Assembly: GCA_934756675.1 (NCBI GenBank)
Contig: CAKVLG010000001.1
Coordinates: 128,540-192,539, forward strand
Direction of reading: 5' to 3'
Origin: an uncultured Clostridia bacterium
GTDB lineage: Bacteria > Bacillota > Clostridia > Christensenellales > UBA1242
Length of the DNA: 64,000 nt
In this document: positions 17,774 to 28,015 of the stretch, piece after piece
How positions within the stretch are numbered: the stretch's first letter is position 1
How the letters are laid out: each line of letters begins with the position of its first letter
Program-made: the position numbers and the translations under genes
Notes under the pieces: model-generated
What the model saw: only the letters and a program-made list of their open reading frames with translations
Databases searched by the model: none
Told to the model about the DNA's origin: nothing

Positions 17774-18625
17774 ATGACAATTGTAGCAACAGACAGTTCT
17801 TGCGATTTAAACTATTTATTAAAGGATAGAAATATCCCGTTTATTCCAATCTATGTAATCATGAATGGTGAAGAATATCACGACGGTATTGATATTACGC
17901 CAGAAGATATTTTTAAAAATGTTAAGGAAACAAAAAAACTTCCAAAGACTTCCGCACTAAGCGAAAATGATTATGAAGAATTTTTTAAAAAGCTAACAGC
18001 AAATGGCGACGATGTTGTTTATATCGGTCTATCTAGCAAACTTTCTACAAGCTATAACAACAGCATTAACGCTGCTAAAAAGTTCAATGGTAAAGTTCAT
18101 ATTGTTGACGGCAAAAACTTGTCGACAGGTACTGGTCTTAGCGTTCTTTATGCAAAAGACCTAGCAGATAAAGGCTTGCCAGCAAGCGAGATTGCAAAAA
18201 AAGTTGAAGAGAGAGTTCCATTTGTTCAAGCTTCGTTCATTATCCAAGAAGTTGAATACTTGTGGCGTGGCGGTAGACTTTCTACCCTTTCGATGCTCGG
18301 CGCAAACCTTTTAAAAATCAAACCACAAATCGAAGTTATTGACGGCGAAATGAAAAACACCGCAAAACCACGCGGCAAAATGGTTCCAGTTCTAAAAGAA
18401 TATATCGATAGGATACTTGCAACATACAACAATCCAGACACAACAAGATGTTTCATTACTCATTCTTCTATCGAACCAGAAATTGCCGAAGAAATGGTCA
18501 ATTATGTTAAATCTAAGGGAATATTCAAAGAAGTATATAACACCGTTGCTGGAGCAACTATAACCAGTCATTGTGGTAAAGGTACACTTGGTATTTTGTA
18601 CATTAATGACGGGGACCATGAATAA
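17774..18625 (+). CDS. DegV family fatty-acid-binding protein (second paralogue)
   Basis: 283 aa, collinear with ORF 1387..2238. AGGAG Shine-Dalgarno sequence. Confidence 0.9.
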   Translation: MTIVATDSSCDLNYLLKDRNIPFIPIYVIMNGEEYHDGIDITPEDIFKNVKETKKLPKTSALSENDYEEFFKKLTANGDDVVYIGLSSKLSTSYNNSINAAKKFNGKVHIVDGKNLSTGTGLSVLYAKDLADKGLPASEIAKKVEERVPFVQASFIIQEVEYLWRGGRLSTLSMLGANLLKIKPQIEVIDGEMKNTAKPRGKMVPVLKEYIDRILATYNNPDTTRCFITHSSIEPEIAEEMVNYVKSKGIFKEVYNTVAGATITSHCGKGTLGILYINDGDHE

Positions 18626-19170
18626 TGAAAAAACAACTTTTAAGTTTGTTGCTATTGCTTCTATTCCCTGTTATGCTTCTTGGCGGTTGTGCTAAAGATA
18701 AGGCACCAAATCAAATAAATATGACAAGGTATTTCTCTGGTGCATCATACACAACAAAAAAGAGTTCTGGGTCAGTCACCAGCAGCGTTGATAACTTTAT
18801 TTCAATGCCAGAGCTAGATGCCTACACAAACATCTTGCTCGAAGGTAATACCGCTTGGCTCTATGGCATGACGATTGAGTATTTATATTTTGATATTCTC
18901 GCAACACAAAGCGGTAAAATTGAAATTGAAATCAAATTAACAAACCTTACACGCGGTTCGAACGAAGAGTCACTCGACAGCGAAAAATATTTTGACAAAA
19001 CCTTTGAATGGACAGTTGAAGCTAACACAACAAAACGCGTAAAGATAGAAATTTCTGATGTTGTTAATGCAATCGAAAGTTCCACAAAACTAGAATTTAT
19101 ATTTATTGTCACGCCAAGCGAAACTTACTCCCTTGGCAACATCATTTTAACTGGCTATCATAATACTTAA
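18625..19170 (+). CDS. Putative lipoprotein
   Basis: Signal peptide with a lipobox (LLLLLFPVMLLGGC). The start overlaps the degV stop (ATAATG). Confidence 0.7.
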   Translation: MKKQLLSLLLLLLFPVMLLGGCAKDKAPNQINMTRYFSGASYTTKKSSGSVTSSVDNFISMPELDAYTNILLEGNTAWLYGMTIEYLYFDILATQSGKIEIEIKLTNLTRGSNEESLDSEKYFDKTFEWTVEANTTKRVKIEISDVVNAIESSTKLEFIFIVTPSETYSLGNIILTGYHNT

Positions 19171-19214
19171 TAAGTCTAAAGCTTCAATTTAAACACAAAA
19201 AAATTCCTAAGTAA

Positions 19215-21041
19215 TTAGGAATTTTTCTTTTGCTCTGTTTTTTTCACGCCCGCCCGATTTGTTTTGTTAGCACTTTTGTTTTTGCTAGCGGCATATACCA
19301 TTTCATCTTGACTTGTTTTGTCGCCATTTTCTTCACTTGTTTTTTTGTTTTCGAAATCGTCTTTATTTTGAATATCGTCAGTGGTCAAAACTTGCTCAAT
19401 AGGTATATCGCCTATTCCATCGCCATCAATATCCATAATTGGGGTCACAGCATCCATGCTTATTGCACCGCCACCATCGGCCGCTGGCTGTTTTTTTCTT
19501 TTCAAACCAACAATAATATCCTTTATCCAATTCAAGCAATCTTTAAATCCAGGGATTAACATAAATTCCAATGTTAAAGTTATCCCACAAACTATTGCAC
19601 AAACTAAAAATCTTAGTGCTAGTAACCATATTCCACCACTAGGTAATAATCCACAAATAAAATATGTTATTGCTCCGCTAACAACCATACAGACCGTATA
19701 TCCAATATACGTTATAAAATATTTAATTGTGCTTTGTTTTAAATAATATTTATTTAAAATATATGGTTCTACCCATAATGGTGCAAAAATTGTACTTGCA
19801 ATAGTTCCAAGTATTATACCTATTATTCCCCAAAATTTAGCAAGTATTATTGACACAATAAGATTTATCAGAGCTTCACAAATTGGTTTAAATCTATCTT
19901 GATAAAATAGCCCTACACACTGCTTGAATTCACTGACCATATTTCGCGATTTCGTAAGATAAAAGCTAAGACAAATGATTAGCACTGTTTTTGTATCAAA
20001 AATTAACGAAACAGATTTATCTTTAATTAAAATTGTATTTATGAAAGGATTAGCTAAAACGAAAATACATACTGTACAAAATGTTATTATATAAAAATGC
20101 AGCATGTTTAATTTTTTAAATAATTTAACATTGTCTTCAACACTTTGACTAGCGATAGAATTACCAATACTGCCAGAAATAGCACTTATGTATAATGAGA
20201 ATAACATACCAACATATGTCGTTATTAATACATAGTTGGAATAAATTCCAAGTTCGGAAGCCCCAATCATCAAATAGATCAATATGCTATCAGTACCAAA
20301 AACAATCACACCACCGATTTTATGTAGAAGCATTGCATAAACATTTTTATTAATTTTTTTTCTAGCATCTACATCCAGTTGGATTATTGGTCCATATATG
20401 ATTTCTTTGTATTGTTTATTTGTTATGTTATATACAATTAAATTGTTAATTATGTTCGTACACCCAACAGCAAGTAAGTATAAATAATAATTCTTTAAAA
20501 ATACAATAATTATTAGTTGTAATACAGACTGCATTAAACTTGCACAAATGTTTATTTTAGATTCTATATCCTGTCTTTGTGACGTGTACAATAAAGCTTT
20601 CCTATGAGCACAGAAATATGTTACTACGCTATTGAACAAAAATATAAAATAAACAAGATAAAGATTAACATCAATGTTTGGAGCTTTTGATTTAAAGTAA
20701 TTCATAAATGGAACAATACAGAGTCCCAACACTAAAACAACACAACCAATAGTAAAATAACATTTTTTATAAAAATTAAGCAAGGATCTAGTTTTATCTT
20801 TGTCCCCTTCAGCCATAGGCTTAAACATTGCAAAAACTATTGCACTTCCTATTCCCATTTCCGCCAAAGATAATACAGAAAGAATATTTGTAAATAATGA
20901 ATTTAAACCCAAATATTGCTCATTAAAGTAAAAAATAAAATACCTACGCACGAAAAAACCTAGCACCATTTGAATTAAATATGCCAATACAGAAAATATT
21001 ATATTTCTTACAGAGTTTTTTGTTCTAGATTCATTATTCAT
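19215..21041 (-). CDS. wzx: Polysaccharide flippase (Wzx / MOP-superfamily PST transporter) with a ~95-aa charged C-terminal tail
   Basis: About 12-14 TM segments. The N-terminal block KNSVRNIIFSVLAYLIQMVLGFFVRRYF...LGLNSLFTNILSVLSLAEMGIG is typical of PST-family flippases. The start is uncertain (GTG 21059 or ATG 21041). Confidence 0.8.
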   Translation of the reverse strand: MNNESRTKNSVRNIIFSVLAYLIQMVLGFFVRRYFIFYFNEQYLGLNSLFTNILSVLSLAEMGIGSAIVFAMFKPMAEGDKDKTRSLLNFYKKCYFTIGCVVLVLGLCIVPFMNYFKSKAPNIDVNLYLVYFIFLFNSVVTYFCAHRKALLYTSQRQDIESKINICASLMQSVLQLIIIVFLKNYYLYLLAVGCTNIINNLIVYNITNKQYKEIIYGPIIQLDVDARKKINKNVYAMLLHKIGGVIVFGTDSILIYLMIGASELGIYSNYVLITTYVGMLFSLYISAISGSIGNSIASQSVEDNVKLFKKLNMLHFYIITFCTVCIFVLANPFINTILIKDKSVSLIFDTKTVLIICLSFYLTKSRNMVSEFKQCVGLFYQDRFKPICEALINLIVSIILAKFWGIIGIILGTIASTIFAPLWVEPYILNKYYLKQSTIKYFITYIGYTVCMVVSGAITYFICGLLPSGGIWLLALRFLVCAIVCGITLTLEFMLIPGFKDCLNWIKDIIVGLKRKKQPAADGGGAISMDAVTPIMDIDGDGIGDIPIEQVLTTDDIQNKDDFENKKTSEENGDKTSQDEMVYAASKNKSANKTNRAGVKKTEQKKNS

Positions 21042-21045
21042 TGTT

Positions 21046-22176
21046 TTACCATTTTTCACAAATTTTGTTTATAATCTCTTTATTGTTTATTTTAATGCAT
21101 TTCATTTGTTTCTTTATTTTTTTCAAAACATCTCTATTTAAACATCTTTTGAACATTTCATATATAGCTTCTTCATTGTTTTCACAAACATAACCGTTTT
21201 TGTTTACCATTTCATATGCTGATGTTGTATTTGTAGATAGAATTGGCACATTCAATAAAATCGCTTCCCCATATACCATAGGTGCCGCTTCTTGATATGA
21301 CCCCAAATAAAAAGCATCTGCAGCTTTTATATACGGATAGGGATTCTTCTTAAACCCATATAACTTTATATATTCCTCCATATTATTGTCTTTTATAAAG
21401 TATTCTATTTCACTTCTTTCATTACCATCGCCACATATATGCCAACAAAAATTATACCCCTCGTCATGCAATTTTTTCATAACCTTTAGACTTCTAATTA
21501 TTCCCTTTTCTTTTGCCAACCTACTTACACTGATGATATTAACAACATCTCTATCATACTCTATATTGAATTCATCTGACAACCTTTTTATCTCTTCTCC
21601 GTCCGTGGGGTTTTTTAAAACATCTACTTTACCTTTTAAATCTGCACGATATTCTAATAGTTCGTCTTTGCATGAATTAGACACACACAATATTTTATCA
21701 AATTGCTTTGCTATATCAAAAAATTCATTATTAAACATTGACTCATCTTGATGTATAGAATTGTGCAATACCATTGCCTTCGACGTAGATTTAACACAAT
21801 TTATTGTAAACTGCATAATCGCTTTATTTTGAAAAAAACAAATAGCTTTGTCAAATTTATCATTCATTTGATATTTTTTCAAAGCTTTTAGATAATTCTT
21901 TTCTAAAAGGCCAAGCATACTTAATATTTTTACAGACATTTTATCAATTAACTGTTTGATACTTTTTATATCCTTTTTTGATAAAAAATACTTCTGTATC
22001 TTCTGAGGCATGTACTTCACATTTCCATATTCTCTTATTTTTTCACTTAAATAACATTTTTTTGTAAATAAATAAGTGACATCAATATTTTCATTTTTTA
22101 AAATCTTTGACAATGTCAAAAGACTTTTTTCCGCTCCACCAAATGGTGATGCAAAAAAAACAAACAATATTCTCAT
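21046..22176 (-). CDS. Glycosyltransferase, GT4 family (GT-B fold)
   Basis: C-terminal GT1/GT4 signature region (SYQEAAPMVYGEAILLNVPILSTNTTS), 376 aa. Confidence 0.8.
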   Translation of the reverse strand: MRILFVFFASPFGGAEKSLLTLSKILKNENIDVTYLFTKKCYLSEKIREYGNVKYMPQKIQKYFLSKKDIKSIKQLIDKMSVKILSMLGLLEKNYLKALKKYQMNDKFDKAICFFQNKAIMQFTINCVKSTSKAMVLHNSIHQDESMFNNEFFDIAKQFDKILCVSNSCKDELLEYRADLKGKVDVLKNPTDGEEIKRLSDEFNIEYDRDVVNIISVSRLAKEKGIIRSLKVMKKLHDEGYNFCWHICGDGNERSEIEYFIKDNNMEEYIKLYGFKKNPYPYIKAADAFYLGSYQEAAPMVYGEAILLNVPILSTNTTSAYEMVNKNGYVCENNEEAIYEMFKRCLNRDVLKKIKKQMKCIKINNKEIINKICEKW

Positions 22177-24023
22177 AATTTATTCATTCTCCACTTTAGG
22201 TAAAACTTTAAGCATGATAATTTATATCTAAATTTTTCCTTAATTTTATTTTTTGTTCCGATTGTTTTTCCAACTTTTGCAAAGGCATCAACAAAACTAT
22301 TATTAGCTTTTAGCAACCACTCAATATCATTTCTATTTGTGTGCAATAAAAATTGTACATTGATTTTGACTATTTGATTTTCAATGTTTTCAGTTTTTAC
22401 ATCTAGTATTTTTTCAAATTTTGATTCAATTTCATCTTGTAGCTCTTTTATAAATTGATTATAATTTTCAATGTCATTATCATTTTCATCATAAACGACA
22501 CTTCCATCCATCGTATAACCAGCTACCCGTCCATGGTTTGCACGTAATATCTGTTCATAATTCATTATTCTATACTCGAAAACCTTTTGCTTGAAGTCTG
22601 GTGCTAAAGGACAATCTGAATACAGCAATCCATGCTTTACATTTCTTTCTAAAAGGTTACCCTTCTGACTTCTATATCCAATATAATATCCTTCAAGTCG
22701 TTTGTTATCGTCAAAAAATTTATACAAGCAATCTTGCATTGTACCTTTCCAACCAACATCAACTATAAATAATTTATCATTTTTGGTAACACCTATTTTA
22801 TTTAGGTATTCGCTAAAACCTTTTCTTTGTGATGATCTTAATTGTTCATAGTAATTTATAAAATTTTTATTTTTTAGCAATTGCTTAAAATACAAATTTT
22901 CCGCAATATTAGCTATTTTTTTATCAAAATTACAATCAATTTCACTTTTTAATGAAGTTATTAATTCTTCATTAGCTGATAATGTTTTTAAAAAATCATT
23001 AATAGAAATTTGATTGCTTTCATTAATAATAAATGAAAAATTTTCATCCTTTAATGATTTCAAACTTGCATTAAAAACAGAATTCCTTGACACTTGAAAA
23101 TAATGTGAAGTTATTTCTATATTGTTTTTCAAACAATATTTATCAAAAAGTTTTTTTAAAAACAAGCCCTCTCTTGATAAAAAATATACATCTTTAGCAT
23201 GATTATTTTGTAAATTTTCTACAAGCTTTCTTATAAACAAATACAATGGAAATGCATAATTTGAATAATTATATTTGCATTTTTGATTTAATATATTTTT
23301 TAAATTTTTATCAATTTGAGTCTTAAGATTAATTCCATAAATTTTCTTTTTGTCTTCTTTTTTTAAGCTAGATTTTTTATGTTTGATTTTTATAGAATCA
23401 ATTCCAAGTTTATTCGGAACAATATTATCTGAATAGACGTTGTCTCCAATCATAATAACATCTGAAGAATTAATATTCTTTGACTTTAAAATTTCTTCAT
23501 ATAGTGAACCTTCTTTTTTTGATTTATTATAATCACACGAAACAAAAATCTCATCAAACAAATTATCAATATTATTCTTTTTCAACAAATTAGCAATAAA
23601 CTCTTTTCCGCAATAAAAATCAGATACTAAAAATATCTTTTTATTGTCATTTTTGTATTTTTCTAATTTAGATATTATCTTGTTATTCGCAAATATACTT
23701 TCTCTTTCTACATCAAAATATAATTCTAATCCAGCTTTAACAAACTCATCACAATTACATTTAAAGCCAACTTTGTATATTAAATTTCTTTCATATATAA
23801 GACCAAGCACCTCTGCAAGTGTAAACTCATATGGCATATTGTTTATTTTACTGAGTCTTAACTCTGCACTAACAAACATTCTATACAATTTTTCAGCACT
23901 AACATTTAATTGCAATTTATCTACAAGTTTTTTTGATAAATAATATTTTGTTTCCTCAGCAGGAATATTTCTTAGCAAAACTGTATCAAAACAATCAACA
24001 AAAATATATTTATATCCTTTCAT
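22173..24023 (-). CDS. HAD-superfamily-like hydrolase domain fused to a ~400-aa uncharacterised domain
   Basis: The N-terminus FVDCFDTVLLR is motif-I-like and IMIGDNVYSDNIVP is motif-IV-like (GDxxxD). I could not match the remainder to any family. Confidence 0.55.
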   Translation of the reverse strand: MKGYKYIFVDCFDTVLLRNIPAEETKYYLSKKLVDKLQLNVSAEKLYRMFVSAELRLSKINNMPYEFTLAEVLGLIYERNLIYKVGFKCNCDEFVKAGLELYFDVERESIFANNKIISKLEKYKNDNKKIFLVSDFYCGKEFIANLLKKNNIDNLFDEIFVSCDYNKSKKEGSLYEEILKSKNINSSDVIMIGDNVYSDNIVPNKLGIDSIKIKHKKSSLKKEDKKKIYGINLKTQIDKNLKNILNQKCKYNYSNYAFPLYLFIRKLVENLQNNHAKDVYFLSREGLFLKKLFDKYCLKNNIEITSHYFQVSRNSVFNASLKSLKDENFSFIINESNQISINDFLKTLSANEELITSLKSEIDCNFDKKIANIAENLYFKQLLKNKNFINYYEQLRSSQRKGFSEYLNKIGVTKNDKLFIVDVGWKGTMQDCLYKFFDDNKRLEGYYIGYRSQKGNLLERNVKHGLLYSDCPLAPDFKQKVFEYRIMNYEQILRANHGRVAGYTMDGSVVYDENDNDIENYNQFIKELQDEIESKFEKILDVKTENIENQIVKINVQFLLHTNRNDIEWLLKANNSFVDAFAKVGKTIGTKNKIKEKFRYKLSCLKFYLKWRMNKL

Positions 24024-24079
24024 ATGTTTATTCCTTTTCTAGTTTTTTATAAATCCTATTTACGCTGTTTGTGATTATA

Positions 24080-25027
24080 TTAACTTTTGTGATTTTTTAT
24101 CTTGCATAATAAAATGTATAATGATCTAAAATGTTTGAATAAAAAGTTTTTATATCCTTTTTTCTCTAAAAGTTTATAAATCTCATTAAACTTATCAACA
24201 ATCTTTTTTGCTATAGGTTTATAATGTTTATAACAACTCATGTACAAAGATCTAAGTTCGAAACAATAAGATAATAAATTTTCTTTTTTTAAATCAGGAT
24301 AAAGTTTATTTATTAATAAAAATCTTTGATTAAAAGCATCATATAAATCTTCACAATTCTTTATGTTTTTATTTGAAGTAATTGAAAGACGACGTTGCAA
24401 ATAATTATATACACAATAGTTAACTAGAACCGCTTTATTAATTTTAGAAAAAAGCTTAGCAGCAATAAATTCGTCTTCATGCAAGCGTCCAACATCGAAT
24501 CTTATATTTTTAAAAATCTCTTTTTTAAAAATTCTCCCCCACGCAACAACAAGCATAGATTCGGTATGTGACATTAACAACTTTATAAGTTCTTCATTGT
24601 TATAACATATTATAGAATTATCAATTAAACCTATGTTTTTTGAGCTATCATCATTTTCATAAACAAACTTTGGTCTTCCAATCGCAACATCTGCATCATT
24701 TTCTTCAAGGGCTTTTTTTAATACAGTTATCGCATCAAGTTCTAGATAATCATCACTATCGACAAAGGTTACATATTCACCAGTCATTACATCTAAGCCA
24801 GCATTTCTTGCATCAGAAAGCCCACCATTTTTTTTGTGAATTACTTTTATTCTTTTATCTTTTTTTCCCCATTCATCACACATTTTGGGGCAATTATCTG
24901 GCGAACCATCATCAACCAATATAATTTCTAGATTTTTATATGTTTGTTTAACAATAGATTCAACGCATCTATCAAGATACTTTTCAACTTTGTATATAGG
25001 AACTACTACGCTAATCAATTTGTTCAT
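24080..25027 (-). CDS. Glycosyltransferase, GT2 family
   Basis: ISVVVPIYKVEKYLDRCVESIVKQTYKNLEIILVDDGSPD followed by DSDDY (the DxD motif). Confidence 0.88.
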   Translation of the reverse strand: MNKLISVVVPIYKVEKYLDRCVESIVKQTYKNLEIILVDDGSPDNCPKMCDEWGKKDKRIKVIHKKNGGLSDARNAGLDVMTGEYVTFVDSDDYLELDAITVLKKALEENDADVAIGRPKFVYENDDSSKNIGLIDNSIICYNNEELIKLLMSHTESMLVVAWGRIFKKEIFKNIRFDVGRLHEDEFIAAKLFSKINKAVLVNYCVYNYLQRRLSITSNKNIKNCEDLYDAFNQRFLLINKLYPDLKKENLLSYCFELRSLYMSCYKHYKPIAKKIVDKFNEIYKLLEKKGYKNFLFKHFRSLYILLCKIKNHKS

Positions 25028-25032
25028 ATTGT

Positions 25033-26826
25033 TTATCCTTTAAATTTTACACTTTCATATATCGCTAACACTTTTGCCTTGTATTTTTCAATATTGTTGT
25101 AATCACTACTAAATAATTTAACATTATTACTAATCTTGCTATAGTATGTTTTGTCAGTTAAAAGACGAATAATTAAACTAGCTGCTTCTTCGTTTGAATC
25201 AAACAAAAATCCTGTTTCGCCGTCTTTTAAAAGTTCCATCATTCCACCAGTTTTAGTCGAAACAATTGGCAACCCGCAAACTTGACCTTCGAGCGCGCAC
25301 ATTGGAGTACCTTCGCTAATTGATGTGAGTATTTGAACCTTACTATTTTTTAGCAAACCATACCCGTTATCTAAAAAACCATAAAATGTAATGTTATTTT
25401 GAACGCCTAATTCCTTTGCCAAGTTTTTGCAATTGTTTTCTTCTTCACCATTACCAATAATTGCAACTTTGACATCTGGCAATTTTTCTGAAACTAATTT
25501 TGTAATTTCAACAATTCGTTTTGGATTTTTTATATAACTTAGTCTGCCAAGATAAACAATATCTGACTTATCATTATATTGCGACTCATTGACCTTTTGC
25601 AAAAATTGGTCTTTGTTAATCACATTAGGCAAAATTGAATATTTACCTTCAAGGCATGCTTTATATTTATAGTCTTCATAGCTTTCTTTTGAAACAAATA
25701 TTGCATGCTTAACTTTGCCATTTTTAACCAAGTATTTAAACAAAATTGATTTTAATGATGTTTTTCTAAATTTTATGTGATTACAATGGATATGCCCAAC
25801 AATCGGGATATTTTTGCTTGCTAAAGCAGATATAGTTATAGCCTTCATGTCGTGCGCATGAATGACAGTTGGTTTAAATTCTTTTAACACACGCTTTATT
25901 TCTTTTTTGCAAAGTTTTTTTATTGGAGCAAATTCAATCTGTTTTTCGTTAAGGGTATTTCTTATAGTGCCGTCTGGCGAGCAATAAACAGACTTAACAC
26001 TACCATTAAATGCTTGTATTATTTGGCAAGCAACATTTTCTGCTCCCGAGTAAGTATTTGTAGACAATACATGTAATATTTTTTGTTCATCTCTTGTACC
26101 CAGAGCCTTTTTTGCTTGTTTTTTTGCTTTTAACCTACTCACCATTTTTTGACCCATTAGGCGTTTTATAAACATTTTTATCTTTGCACTACATTTCTTG
26201 CCAGCCGAAATCCATGTGCCTTCAAAGTGATGTATCGTCATTGTGTTTTTAGTTTTTCTAATTTTTCCATCACTCAAACTTTTTGGACTAAAGTATTCAC
26301 TAGAATAAATTTTTATATTTTCTAATGTTTGTGTTGTTCCATCACATACTAGACCATACTCCAAAAGTTTATCTGTAAAAATGTTACAAACAGTCACTTG
26401 TTTTTTAGGTGTAAATTCAAAAACTCTTTTTTGATATTCATTTACGATATCACAAATAATCTCGTGATTAGGAACAGCACCAACAATAACACCAGGATTT
26501 ACCAGACCACTGCTTTCAAATCCACTAAATGCTCTATTTTCTAGTAATTCATTTATTGGTTTTAAAAATTCAACATCAATATCGACATAAATTCCGCCAT
26601 ATTCTTTTAAAATATAAAAACGCAAAACATCGCTTGCAAATGCATATTTTTTTGCATCGTATGCATCTCTGCAATAAGTGCAACAATCGATATTAAGATT
26701 ACTTTCGTCCCATCTTTTTATTTCATAGTCAGGGCAAAACTTTTTCCAAGAAGCTTTACATTTTTTTAGTATTGCAGGTTCTTCTTTTCCACCCAGCCAA
26801 ATATAATGAATAATCTTTGGAATCAT
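25033..26826 (-). CDS. Two-domain glycosyltransferase: N-terminal DXD-containing sugar transferase fused to a C-terminal GT4 domain
   Basis: The N-terminal IPKIIHYIWLGG...YGGIYVDIDVE is of the Gly_transf_sug / capsular-synthesis type. The C-terminal SISEGTPMCALEGQVCGLPIVSTKTGG is a GT4 signature. A basic linker lies around aa 215-245. Confidence 0.75.
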   Translation of the reverse strand: MIPKIIHYIWLGGKEEPAILKKCKASWKKFCPDYEIKRWDESNLNIDCCTYCRDAYDAKKYAFASDVLRFYILKEYGGIYVDIDVEFLKPINELLENRAFSGFESSGLVNPGVIVGAVPNHEIICDIVNEYQKRVFEFTPKKQVTVCNIFTDKLLEYGLVCDGTTQTLENIKIYSSEYFSPKSLSDGKIRKTKNTMTIHHFEGTWISAGKKCSAKIKMFIKRLMGQKMVSRLKAKKQAKKALGTRDEQKILHVLSTNTYSGAENVACQIIQAFNGSVKSVYCSPDGTIRNTLNEKQIEFAPIKKLCKKEIKRVLKEFKPTVIHAHDMKAITISALASKNIPIVGHIHCNHIKFRKTSLKSILFKYLVKNGKVKHAIFVSKESYEDYKYKACLEGKYSILPNVINKDQFLQKVNESQYNDKSDIVYLGRLSYIKNPKRIVEITKLVSEKLPDVKVAIIGNGEEENNCKNLAKELGVQNNITFYGFLDNGYGLLKNSKVQILTSISEGTPMCALEGQVCGLPIVSTKTGGMMELLKDGETGFLFDSNEEAASLIIRLLTDKTYYSKISNNVKLFSSDYNNIEKYKAKVLAIYESVKFKG

Positions 26827-27953
26827 AGTTTACCTCCTATCTTCATAACTGCATAAGGGTATACACCGCATGACCCTTTTATTTTTATTAGGAAATACAT
26901 ATAGCAGAATGCCACAACAATCAATGCAATGTTATACATAACTTTTAAGTTCTTTCGCTTTAAAAGACCACCTAACATCTCAGCAATAAAGATAATGCTA
27001 AAGAAAAAGTACATACTCGTACGGTTAAATAGTGTATTTAAATTATACGGTATTCCAACTATCTTTGTAAACACATATACGGCAAATAACCAAATAAAAA
27101 ACGAAAAATCTTGTTGCTGCTTTTTGTCCATTTTGCTTTGCATTTTGAAGTATGCAAAGCACGCAACAGCAAGTATAATTGTAACCCCAATAGCATAAGG
27201 AATATCTAACCTTGACGAAGATTCCATCGACCCCATAGCAATATATTGCGAATAGTAACTAAATTGCGGGAAATAATCTTCGAGCAAACGCAATAAATCC
27301 ACAATCGAAATTCCTAGCATTATCATAATTGAAATAGCAATTATTCCTGTTCTCCAATTGAGTTTTACATATTTTGGAATTACATAAAAAAGTGCAATCA
27401 AAGCCGACAAATGGAAGAAAAAGCCTAAAATTACATAAATTAAAAAGACAAGTATATTATTTCGCCTTAGCCAAATGAGTCCCAATACGCAAAAATCTAA
27501 AGCTAATATTTGTCTATAAAGCCCCAACATTTGAGCATAAATGCCAAGTGTAAAAAACAATAACCAACAAATATACGTATTGTTAGAATATTCATTAAAA
27601 AGTGCATTAAACGAATAAACCGTGAACGAAGCAATTACAAACCACAACACATTAATGGGCATTCCGAGAAGTGTAATAATAAAATTTAGTCCTGCATACC
27701 CAACACCATAATCATAACATGGTCTTCTTTCTGCTACACTGTTAAAATATTTTATATAATTGCTATTATCTGCACCAACACTTTCTGCTCTTATTGTGGC
27801 AAACATAATTGCCAGAAACAAAATGAGAGTTTTATTCGTAAAAATAACTGTATATAAATAAGGATGTTTTTTGTCAAAACCAAAATGAAGAGCTAATTTA
27901 TCTAGCCCCCAGGTTAAAACCACAACCGCAAATAGCATAATATAAACTAGCAC
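26823..27953 (-). CDS. EpsG-like / Wzy-type polysaccharide polymerase (polytopic membrane protein)
   Basis: 376 aa with about 10-11 TM segments. The position inside a Wzx-dependent locus and the size fit EpsG-family polymerases. Confidence 0.65.
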   Translation of the reverse strand: MLVYIMLFAVVVLTWGLDKLALHFGFDKKHPYLYTVIFTNKTLILFLAIMFATIRAESVGADNSNYIKYFNSVAERRPCYDYGVGYAGLNFIITLLGMPINVLWFVIASFTVYSFNALFNEYSNNTYICWLLFFTLGIYAQMLGLYRQILALDFCVLGLIWLRRNNILVFLIYVILGFFFHLSALIALFYVIPKYVKLNWRTGIIAISIMIMLGISIVDLLRLLEDYFPQFSYYSQYIAMGSMESSSRLDIPYAIGVTIILAVACFAYFKMQSKMDKKQQQDFSFFIWLFAVYVFTKIVGIPYNLNTLFNRTSMYFFFSIIFIAEMLGGLLKRKNLKVMYNIALIVVAFCYMYFLIKIKGSCGVYPYAVMKIGGKL

Positions 27954-28015
27954 AAAAACTCCTTTTAAGTCAACTAATGTATTTTATTGTATATAAATGT
28001 AATATTTTTTACATT

